A stretch of 62,265 bases of DNA, counting the filler, from Chiloscyllium plagiosum (Eukaryota), in assembly GCF_004010195.1 (NCBI RefSeq). It is 3 parts of one record of this genome, joined end to end, with 100 filler letters (N's around TTAATTAATTAA, not from the genome) between each part and the next. Parts side by side here need not be neighbours in the genome. Positions count along the whole stretch, not along the records: positions 31,367 to 57,748 come from NC_057715.1; positions 57,849 to 62,265 come from NC_057715.1; 1 more part is not named here. One strand, written 5' to 3'. Below, piece after piece: positions 51,916 through 62,265 of the stretch. The notes under the pieces were generated by a model. It was not told the DNA's origin and made no database searches. It saw nothing but the letters and a program-made list of their open reading frames with translations. Made by a program: the position numbers and the translations under genes. The number at the start of each line of letters is the position of its first letter. Position 1 is the stretch's first letter.

Positions 51916-54286
51916 GTAGCACCACTAACTGCTCTCCCATCTGCCTTCATTATGGTCAATCCCTGCCTTTGTATCTTTGCAGAATCTGGGCAAAATGTAC
52001 AGACCGAGGCAGGTGGGAGTCACAACTACCCAGTGCCAACTGATGTACCAGTTTCCTGGCATCAGTCAGTTTTACTAAAGCGTGGGGGTAGGGAAGCAAC
52101 CCCCACCCCCCAATCCACTACACATGTCAATCAAAATGCGTAAAGTGTTCATTAAAGACTCTTTCTTTAAGGGAGAAATTGAGATACTCAAGGGACGCAC
52201 AGCAATAAATCATTCACCTCATGATTCATTGGGCTCCATGAGAGAACAAATAGCATGGAACCATTTGGCAATTAGCACTTAATTGCCATTGACTCAGAGC
52301 AGGTGGGCAGGGTGAGTGTGGTCAATAAACATTGGCAGGAAGAGGACAGAGAAGGAATGGTTTAGGCTGCCAAGCTTAAATATAGATATTTACCTGAACT
52401 CAAGAAAAGCAGCCAAGTCTCCGTCACTTCTGTACATCTTTCCCTCAGCAGGTCATGATGTGAAATGTTGATCGTGGTACAGTAATAGCTGCCCTGAATC
52501 AGTCCCCCACTTCCACAGTGCCACTTTGTTCCCATGTTAATTGGCCAACACACATCTCTCCGTGGCATCTAAGAGGTCATCCATGTGAAACCTAGAGTTC
52601 ATTACTCTTTATTCCTTACCATTATTTTCAGAATCAAGAAAGTGTTCTGACATCTGTCTCCTGCCTTCATAGCAAAAATCCAGTTGTTGTGGTTCTCCAT
52701 AACAACCATGATGTCCAATATAAATGGGCATCGATGAAATGGCATTTCAGATTTTCCCGCCAGACTTAAAATGGGCTGTAGTGAATTGGGGGAGGGAGAA
52801 GGAGATAATAGAGATGTGGCAGGGATGTAAAATGGGCAGCAACATTCATCATCACTTAATTTCTATTCAGCTATATATTTTTGTTTTGTAATGTCCCTTT
52901 TTGTACAAGTACACACTTAGTGTCAGAACATGCCTATTAAACATTGTGGAGGGCCCATAAAAATATTGAACACAAGACCAGCCATCTGCTATTCTGAAAG
53001 GTGTATAAACAGTAACAGATCAGGGTCGCTGTTTGGGTTCCACAAGAGTGGTCTTGAACTCGTTTTCACCTCACCTCCAACAACATTTATCATTCTATTC
53101 CTTTCTGCCTTCATGTACTTGGCTAACTTCCCCTGGTGTACATCATCTGTATAAATGAGAGCAGAACACCCCACAGAGAATAATTATCGAATCTCAGCTG
53201 AAATGAGATGCAGTGCATTATTGCAGAGCTACAAAATAAATTGTAAAAATAACTAATTATCGTGTCCTGCTGGAAGTAACAGACTCCGAGTGCCTGAGTT
53301 TGGTATTGAAACTGCTTTTATTCTTGAGATTGATGCATTATACGAATCATCTCCTTGCCTCTGGAGGTAATCATATTAAACAATAGGGGTGAATGATAAA
53401 GAGAATCAGTGGTAATGCTCCTGATACCATTGATGTTTTCTAGCTTTCTAATGAGATTTTGTAGTCTGCTGTGTGCTCTGAAGTGATGATATTCTGATTC
53501 CATAGTCGTAGAGAGTCCCTCACACATCAGGCATACACATTGGAAAGTCACCCTACATCCGCTTGGCATTTCTGCTTTATTCTTATATTACAGATTGCAA
53601 ACTTGCAGGGCAATGTACAGTGATATCTCAGCCAGACACTTCCTCCCAGTAGGCAAGACTTTCCAAACAAAACAGCATTCTTTTTATTTTTGACAACAGT
53701 GCTCAGAGAACAATCTTATTACATTTTTTAATAGCAGTTCAGACTAGGCTTACCAAAATAATACCAGGAATAGGTGGGTTATCTTGTGAGGAAAGGGTGA
53801 ACAGGCTAGGCTTGTAACCACTGGAGTTTAGAAGTTTAAGAGATCACTTGTTTGAAATATATAATTGTTTATCAAAGCCAAGGTGTTACCTCCTAGACTA
53901 CTTTCTACAATAACCTTTATGGTAAGTTATCAAATCTAATGCAGTATATCCCTAGGTTCCCTTTATCCACGGCACGTTATTTCCTCAAACACTCCAATAG
54001 ATTGGTTAAACATGATTGCCCTTTCACAAAACCATGTTGACTCTCTCTGATTACCTCAAACCTTTCTAAGTGTCCTGCCATAATGTCTTTGATAATAACT
54101 TTTAACGTCTTCCCCCGATAGATATTAAGCTAACTGAAGTTTAATGTTTGCTGTTAGTTTCACTCCCTGTTTGACTAAGGGATTTATTGGCTGTTTTTCA
54201 ATATAATAGAAGCTTTACCAAATTTAAACAATTTTGGAAAATTAACACTAATGTGTCAGCAATCCCATTAGGCACTTCTTTAAAGA

Positions 54287-54497
54287 AGAGACTGTGAGTT
54301 CTGCAGATGCTGGAGATCAGAGTCGAGAGTGTGTTGCTGGAAAAGCACAGCAGGTCAGGCAGCATCCGAGGAGCAGGAAAATCAATGTTTCGGGCCAGAG
54401 AAGAGATTCCTGAAGGAGAGCTCTGGCCTGAAACGTCGATTTTCCTGCTCCTCGGATGCTGCCTGATGTGCTGTGCTTTTCCAGCAACACACTCTCA
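54287..54497. mobile_element. Penelope pLTR fold-back mini-insertion
   Basis: gagagtgtgttgctggaaaagcacagc...gctgtgcttttccagcaacacactctc inverted; TSD acttctttaaaga / acttctttgaaga (54274-54286, 54498-54510). Confidence 0.85.
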
Positions 54498-54599
54498 ACT
54501 TCTTTGAAGACCCTAAGATGACTGGTCTCTTTCTGTGCTGGAAAATCTCAATGATTTTGTGAATTCCATTAGGACTTGGGGACTTATCAGCCCATGTTA

Positions 54600-55295
54600 T
54601 ATGGTCATACAGCACGGAAACAGACTCTTTAGTCCATCTCTCCATGCCGCACATTTCCCAAACTAAACTCATCCCACTTGCCTGCATTTGATCCACATCC
54701 TTCTAAACCTTCATATTTCATATATCAATCCAAATGTCTTTTAAATGTTGTGACTGTAACTGCATCTGCTACTTCCTCTGGCAGTTCATTCCACACATGA
54801 GCCACCCTCTGTCTATCAGGTCGCTTTTTAATCTTTCTCTTCTCACCTTAAAAATTTGCCCCTAGTTATGAATTCATCCATCCCATGGAAAAGACCTCTG
54901 CTATTCACCATAGCATTAAGCTCACAACTCAACCCCCTGTGCTTCAGTGAAAAAAGTCCCAGTCTATTCTTATAACTCAAACCCTCCAGTCCTGCAACAA
55001 CCTGGTAAATCTTTTCTGAACCCTTTCCAATTTAATAAAATCTTTCCTATAGCAGGGCAACCAGAACTGTACACAGTACTCCAAAAGTGGCATCACCTAC
55101 ACCCTGTACAACCTCAATATTACATGCCAATACCTATACTTAGTGGTCTGAGCAACGAAGATAAACATGCTAAATGCCTTCTTAACTATCCTGTCTGTGA
55201 TGCAACTTTCAAAGAACTACGTACCTGAACCTCTGTGTCTCGCTGGTTGACAAAACCACCCAGGGCCCTACCATTAACCGTACAAGTTCTGCCAC
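54600..55295 (-). mobile_element. CR1 3' fragment
   Basis: CR1 3' UTR and decayed RT C-terminus (ccagaactgtacacagtactccaaaagtgg). Confidence 0.75.
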
Positions 55296-57499
55296 TCAGT
55301 ACCATTTCCCTGGTGCTTGTAATTTTCTTGAATCTTTCCATCCCTTTCACTTCCTAATTTGCGTCTCATTTTGGGACATGTATCGTGGTACAGTGAGTTA
55401 GGGATGAGCTGTTGAAGGAGCTGGCATATATTCCAAAGTGTCAGTATTAAATCCAATGTGACTTGAGGAGAAACCTTTTTACTCAGGGTGGGAGTGTAGT
55501 ACATGGCCCACTGAGGAACACGTTGAGGTGAATAACACAGATGCACTTTAGTCAAGCCTTTTCAAAATATTTAAGACTTCTGTCAGATCACCCCTTCAAC
55601 TTTTTTCTTTTCTAGGGAATAGAGCCCCACCCTGTTCCCTGGTGGCACAGATTAGCTCAGTGGTTAGCACTGCTGCCTCATAGTACCAGGGACCTGGGTT
55701 CAATTCCAGCCTCAGGTGACTATCTGTGTGGAGTTTGCACATTCTCCCTTTGTCTGTGTGGGTTTCCTCTGGATGCTCTGGTTCCCTCCCATAGTCCAAG
55801 GATGTGTAGGTCAGGTGGATTGGCCATGCTAAATTGCCCGTAGTGATAGATGCATGAGTAGGGGAATGGGTCTGGGTGAGTTACTCTTCAAAGGGTCGGT
55901 GTGGACTGGTTGGGCCAAAGCCTATTTCCGCACTGTAGGGAATCTAATCTCTGATTTCACTGGAGTGTGATTTTGTTCATTTATGCTGTTACAACTTCTC
56001 AGCGGCAATATATTATCTCTAAATTTGTTTGGACTGCACTGTAATTTTGTCTTTTTAAATTGGAGTAAAAAATGAAATGTTACATAATTTTCACATTATG
56101 ATTGGATGACTCACTGTTTGATCTTAAATTTGACTTTGTCATACTGTTCTGATTCAAACAAGAATATAGCCAGACAACAGGATGTCTTTGATATGTTAAT
56201 AGCTTCCACAGCACCAAGAAACTAATGGCAATAACCACCTGCATTTCACGTTACTTGTTAGATAAGATTGACCAATAGATTAACTCTCACTTTGCAAGAG
56301 AGTTTGTCAGATTTAATTATTGTACTTGATAAACTTTAATTAAAGGTAGTTAATATTTTTGTGAATAGTCTTTGACAATTACATACATTCATCAACTTAG
56401 ATGAATGGTGAACAGATGGTCATCTTTCATTTGATGATTGTTTACTTTGAAAGCTTGGGGACAGAAACCTGCATTCATGGGAAAACAAGCTCAAGTGCTT
56501 CTTCAAACAAAATTTGACACTGATTTACATAAGGAAATATTATAACGTGAACAAAAGCTTGGTCAGAGATGGGTTTGAAGGATTGTTCGAAAATGCTAGA
56601 GAGGAGGGGAAGGTTAGGGAGGGAATTCTGAACTTTGGGTCTCGGCTGCTGAACATACAGCAAAACAAAGAAGATCTGGGTTGTGCGTGACACCAGAGCT
56701 AAAGAAGGATTTTTGGGCTAGAGGGGGTTTACAGAAGTTGGGAGAAGGGTGGATAAGACCATGGAGGAGTTTGAAAACAAGGATGAGAAGTTTGAATGCA
56801 AAGAGTTACCCAAGTCGGCCAGTAAGTACAGTTGAACAGGGTTTGGTATATTACTAATCAGAAAAAGAACGTTTACTCTGTGGATGTTGGTGAGACCATA
56901 GGATGATGATTTGATGGAAGTTATAAAGTTTTAAAGAGACAGAAATGCCCACCTATTGTAAGCTGATCTTGTATGATGTGTGTTGTGTAAATGCTCTGCA
57001 AGTGATGATAAATAGCCCTTTTAAAAGTGAACAATTAATCTGTTCCAGGAAAGATTATGATTTATCTTTTGCAGGCCAGATTTTAACAATGGTTGCTTTG
57101 CTACTTCAATAAAGTACTGTTTAAATTTTTCGTACCATATTATGATCAGAACACATTTGGTGGACTTGCAGCAGGTGACTGAGGTTAATGCTCACTTCTG
57201 AGTAGCTCTTACAGGTGTGTGAAGGTAACTGGAGTGTAGCTGGAGTTGGATTAATTAAAATCCTACTCCATTACCCTTCCAGCCAAAAGAGGTTGTTTGA
57301 AGTGAGGCCTGAAAATCAGCATCGATATATCCAGATCGTTTAATGTGTGCTATTAACCACTAATTCAAACTGTTGGGGTTTTTATTGCAACCCATTTACA
57401 TTGACTGTTTAGCTTTTATCTCCTGTTTTTTAAAATGGTAATGCTTATGCAATTAACAAACTTAAAAGTTGCCTTTTATTTCAAAAGTTGTGTTCTACT

Positions 57500-58130
57500 G
57501 TAGTTATGGTAGGGGATTTTAACTTTCCAAACATCGACTGGGACTGCCATAGTGTTAAAGGTTTAGATGGAGAGGAATTTCTTGAGTGTGTACAAGACAA
57601 TTTTCTGATTCAGTATGTGGATGTACTTACTAGAGAAGGTGCAAAACCTGACCTACTCTTGGGAAATAAGGCAGGGCAGGTGACTGAGGTGTCAGTGGGG
57701 GAGCACTTTGGGGCCAGCGACCATAATTCTGTTAGATTTAAAATAGTGNNNNNNNNNNNNNNNNNNNNNNNNNNNNNNNNNNNNNNNNNNNNTTAATTAA
57801 TTAANNNNNNNNNNNNNNNNNNNNNNNNNNNNNNNNNNNNNNNNNNNNCGTCAGCTTGTACGAGAGGGCATAACTACAAATTGAGGGGTGATAGATTTAA
57901 GACAGATGTCAGAGGCAGGTTCTTTACGCAGAGAGTGGTAAGGACGTGGAATTCCCTTCCTGCTAATGTAGTCAACTCAGCCACATTGGGGAAATTTAGA
58001 GAATCCTTAGATAAGCACTTGGATGATTTTGGGATAGTGTAGGGGGATGAGCTGTGAATAGTACACAGGCCAGCGCAACATCGAGGGCTAAAGGGCCTGT
58101 TCTGTGTGGTATTGTTCTATGTTCTATGTT
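57500..58130 (+). mobile_element. CR1 pieces flanking a gap (endonuclease on the left, 3' end on the right)
   Basis: VVMVGDFNFPNIDWD...SDHNSVRF; after the gap, FFTQRVVRTWNSLP and a (tgttcta)n tail. Confidence 0.85.
57749..57848. other. Assembly gap / artificial spacer
   Basis: 44 N + TTAATTAATTAA + 44 N. Confidence 0.97.
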
Positions 58131-58139
58131 CTATCTCTC

Positions 58140-58740
58140 TTCCTGCCTTTGTCATGAGTACTAATATGGACCACAATCTCTGGCAGTTCACCCTTCACAA
58201 TATCCTGTGCTCACTCAAAGACATCCTTGACCTTCTTGGGACTAGAGAGGAAACACACCAGCCCAGAATCTGCTTGTGGTCACAGAAAAGCTGATCTGTG
58301 CCCCTGTCTATGGAGACCTCTACCACTTTGATCTTTCCTGCTCTATAACAGAGCTAGTCACGGTGCACTGATCTGATGCTGCTGCTACTTTCCCCTGAGA
58401 GGTTATCTCCCAGACAGTATCTGAAACAGTGTACCTGTTTGAAAGGGGACTGGCCAAAGGGAACTCCTGCACTGCTTGCCCAGAATTACCCATCTTGCTG
58501 GTTGTCACCTAACTCTTCTCTGTCTGTATAACCCTCACTGGTGATGTGACCAGCTCACTAAACGTGCTATCCATAACATTCAAAGCCTCATGGATGCCAA
58601 GAAGGAGAGAGTCCATCCAAAGCTCCAGGCACTACATGTGGAAAATTAGGAGCTGCAGCTGAACATACTTCTTATGTACATAGTCACCACAGAGACTGGA
58701 AGTGTCCCTGCTTTCCCACATATTGCAGGAGGAGCAGTCC
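58140..58740 (-). mobile_element. CR1 ORF1 remnant
   Basis: QAVQEFPLASPLSNRYTVSDTV resembles QPVQEPPVAVPLKNKYTVLDTC in the ORF1 at about 60480. Confidence 0.65.
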
Positions 58741-58979
58741 TGCCATTGTGAACCTTATTAACTAAATCAATCTTATCAACTACTAACAATATTCCAGGAA
58801 TTGATTATGCAACCTAAGCCATTACTCACCAGTGCCAAGCCTCTCGCCCTTGCTCTCTATTCCTCACAGACTACAACTACAAAATGTAAGTACTTTATCT
58901 CTCTCCAGACACTGCTCATTCAGCCTGCAAACCTTTCCTGAGCAGCCAATCTTAGGTCACTGTTGGTCTTAGGTCACAT

Positions 58980-59860
58980 AGCTGGTCTAATTAGTAAGTT
59001 TGCAAATGATACAAAGATTGGTGGAGTTGTGGATTGTCAGAACATACAGCAGGATATTAATCAGTTGGAGGCATGAACAGAAAAATGGCCGATGGAGTTT
59101 AATCTGGGCAAATGTGAGGTGATGAATTTTGAAAAGTCAAGTACAACTGGAAATTATACAGTGAATGGTGGAATCTTTAGGAGAAGGAAGCATGCAGAAA
59201 GGTCTGGATATGCAGGTCTACAGATCACTGAAAGTGACAGACAGTACTACTAAGGTAGTAAAAAAGGCCTATGGCATACATACGTTCATTACAAGGGGCA
59301 CTGAATATAAGGATAGACAAGTTATGATACAGCTTTATAGAACTTTGTTAGGTCACACTTGGAAAATTATGTACAGTTCTAGTCACCACACTGCCAGAAG
59401 AATCTGGATGCTTTGGACAGTGTACAGAAAAGGTTTACCAGGACATTGTCTGGTATGGGGGATTTTAGCAATGAAGAAAGATTGGATAGACTGGGCTTGT
59501 TTTCACTGGAACACAAGAGGTTGAAATGTGACCTGTTAGAAGTTTATCAGATTGTAAATGGCATGGACAGAGTGGAAAGTAACAGACTTTTTCCCAGAAC
59601 GGAGGGGTCAATTGCTAGGGGACATGGGTTTTCTTTCACACAAAGGGATGTGAATTCCTGGAATACATTGCCAGAGGAGGTGGTGGAAGTAGCCACAATA
59701 GCAGCGTTCAAGAAGCACCTGAATGAATACATGAACAGGAAGGGAAGAGAGAGATACGAATCCTGTAAATGAAGACAGTTTTAATATGGAAGGACAAAAT
59801 GTGTCAGGCCAGGCTTGAAGGGCTGAAGGACCTGTTCCTGTGTTGTATTCTTCTTTGTTC
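58980..59860 (+). mobile_element. CR1 RT C-terminal fragment and 3' UTR
   Basis: ORFs 59165..59524 and 59413..59772. Confidence 0.85.
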
Positions 59861-60079
59861 TTTGTTTTGAGTGGTGACGTCACCTCCAGAGCTCTGCCTC
59901 TGAATTCAGCTCCAACTTCCCTCTGTCTGACCCCGTTCCTCAGGCATTTATCCTGTTGCCGTTGTTCACCCCCAGGTTCGCTGTCCTTCAATCTGTCTAT
60001 ATTTCCTTTTTGTCTGTTTTCCTGCCTGTGATTTATCCTTAAGTGGGTTTATCAACTCGTTTCCACAGCCAGTAAAACC

Positions 60080-62265
60080 TTAGACTTATGCGAGCAGCAG
60101 CAGAGTGTAAAGGAACCCGGAAGGCTACAGCTAAGGTGAGACAGTTTGTATTAAAATTACTTACCGGTAGCGGGCAGCGGTGTTTTTTTTTCTCTTCACA
60201 GAAAGAGCGGGAGCAGCAGGGGGAAGTGACGAAGACCAGAGGGGCAGCCGGGTAGGTTTTTTCCCTATTAAAGCGCGCAGGAGAAGAACCCGAGGCACTA
60301 CGCAGGAAGTGCACCCATCTCCAGTTCCTCCAAGACCGTGTTAGGGAACTGGAGCTGGAGTTGGATGAACTTAGGATCATTCGGGAGGCAGAGGGGGTCA
60401 TAGATCGGAGCTTTAGGGAAGTAGTAACTCCAAAGATTGCAGACAGATGGATGACAGTGAGGGGGACTGGGAGGAAGCAGCCAGTGCAGGAACCCCCTGT
60501 GGCCGTTCCCCTCAAGAACAAGTATACCGTTTTGGATACTTGTGGGGGGGGGACTTACCAGAGGTAAGTAATGGGGCTCAGGCCTCTGGAATGGAGCCTG
60601 TTCCCATTGCTCAGAAGGGAAGGGTGGAGAAGAGCAGAGCAATAGTAATTGGGGACTCGATAGTTCGGGGCACAGATAGGCGGTTTTGGGGGCGAGAGAG
60701 ACTCACGTTTGGTATGTTGCCTCCCAGGTGCAAGGGTACGTGATGTCTCTGATCGTGTTTTCCAGGTCCTTAAGGGGGAGGGGAAGCAGCCCAAAGTCGT
60801 GGTCCACTTTGGCACCAATGACATAGGTAGGAGGAGGGCTGAGGATGTTAGGCAGGCTTTCAGGGAGCTAGGTTGGAAGCTCAGAGTTAGAACGAACAGA
60901 GTTGTTGTCTCTGGTTTGTTACCCGTGCCATGTGATAGAGAGTCGAGGAATAGGGAGAGAGAACAGTTAAATGCGTGGCTACAGGGATGGTGCAGGAGGG
61001 AGGGATTCCGGTATTTGGATAACTGGGGTTCTTTCTGGGGAAGGTGGGACCTCTATAATCAGGATGGTCTACACTTGAACCTGAGGGGCACCAGTATCCT
61101 TGGCGGGAGGTTTGCTAGTGCTCTTGGGGGGGGATTTAAACTAACTCTGCAGGGGCATGGGAACCTAGACTGTAGCTTTAGGGTGCAGGACCTGGAGTGT
61201 AGGGAGGTTAGGAACATGGCATCAATCTCAAAGGAGGGTGCCTGTAAACAGGAAAGTGACTTGAAGTGTGTATACTTCAATGCAAGAAGTATACGAAATA
61301 AGGTAGGTGAACTTGCAGCGTGGGTTGGTACCTGGGACTTGATGTTGTGGCTATTACGGAGACATGGGTAGAAAAGGGACAGGATTGGCTGTTCCAGGGT
61401 TTAAATGTTTTAGTAGGGTCAGAGGTGGGGGTAAAAGAGGGGGAGGTGTGGCATTGCTCGTCAAAGATCGTATTACAGCAGTGGAAAGGATGATGGATGA
61501 AGACTCGCCATCTGAGGTAGTTTGGGCTGAGGTTAGGAATAGGAAAGGTGAGGTCACCCTGTTAGGAGTTTTTTACAGGCCTCCTAATAGTCCTAAAAAC
61601 ATAGAAGAAAGGATTGCGAGGATGATTCAAGAGAAGAGTGAAAGTAATAGGGTGGTTGTTATGGGGGACTTTAACTTTCCTGATATTGATTGGGAAAGCT
61701 ATAGCTCAAGTTCGTTAGATGGGTCAGTGTTTGTTCAATGTGTGCAGGAGAGTTTCCTGACACAATATGTAGACAGGCCAACAAGAGGTGAGGCCATACT
61801 GGATTTGGTTCTGGGTAACGAACCAGGCCAGGTGTTAGAATTAGAGGTAGGTGAGCACTTTGGGGATAGTGACCATAATTCAGTGATTTTTACTCTCGTG
61901 ATGGAGAGGGATAAGTGTGTACTACAGGGCAAGAATTATAGCTGGGGTAAGGGAAATTATGATGCGGTGAGGCATGACTTAGGATGTGTGGCTTGGAAAA
62001 GTAGACTCCAAGGCAAGAGTGTAAATGATATGTGGAACTTGTCCAAGGGGCAACTATTGAGTGTCCTTGATAATTATGTACCTGTCAGGCAAGGAGGAAA
62101 GGGTCGTGCGAGGGAGCCGTGGTTTAATAAGGAATTGGAATCCCTTGTTAAATGGAAGAGGGCGGCCTATCCCAAGATGGGACGTGAAGGTACAATTGGG
62201 GCGATTGAGAGTTATAGGGTAGCCAGGAAGGACCTGAAGAGAGAGCTAAAAGCAGAAAGGAGGGG
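60080..62265 (+). mobile_element. Young CR1 LINE with 5' region, ORF1 (coiled coil plus SGNH esterase) and ORF2 endonuclease; runs off the window
   Basis: ORF1 IVIGDSIVRG, PGARVRDV, HFGTNDIG, DGLHLN; ORF2 YFNARSIRNK, GGGVALLV, FYRPPNS, MGDFNFPDIDW, SDHNSVIF; a few frameshifts. Confidence 0.93.

Noticed and set aside
57061..57480. Non-repetitive stretch with a ttttgcag acceptor-like site, a possible cryptic exon or conserved element
   Set aside because: No recognisable coding similarity or convincing donor; conservation cannot be judged without alignments.

Overview
Vertebrate genomic DNA, most likely a shark (HE1-type V-SINEs, shark-type CR1 and Penelope families; the taxon is inferred). The window is the middle of NALCN (sodium leak channel, + strand): four phase-0 coding exons (13122-13289, 15797-15988, 19487-19624, 43910-43984) encode most of repeat II, including the P-loop TQEGW. 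Most of the rest is intronic, heavily nested transposon DNA: many CR1 LINEs, Penelope-like elements with hammerhead motifs (often as fold-backs), a decayed Gmr1-order Gypsy element, a second Gypsy element, an internally deleted endogenous retrovirus, SINEs, MITEs and two 100-nt N-gaps with a TTAATTAATTAA linker. Main observations: (1) a Tx1-like LINE inserted three times at the homologous site of one Gypsy LTR family, with an apparent 3' transduction of that same target; (2) a U_UUA_AAC slippery heptamer at the ORF1 stop/ORF2 junction of two different CR1 families, suggesting -1 ribosomal frameshifting; (3) an ERV whose deletion joins Gag-like late domains in frame to the Env TM subunit; (4) many TSD-flanked Penelope fold-back hairpins. 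Exon, LTR and TSD coordinates were counted; most other TE boundaries are approximate. Family calls come from motif recognition, not database searches.
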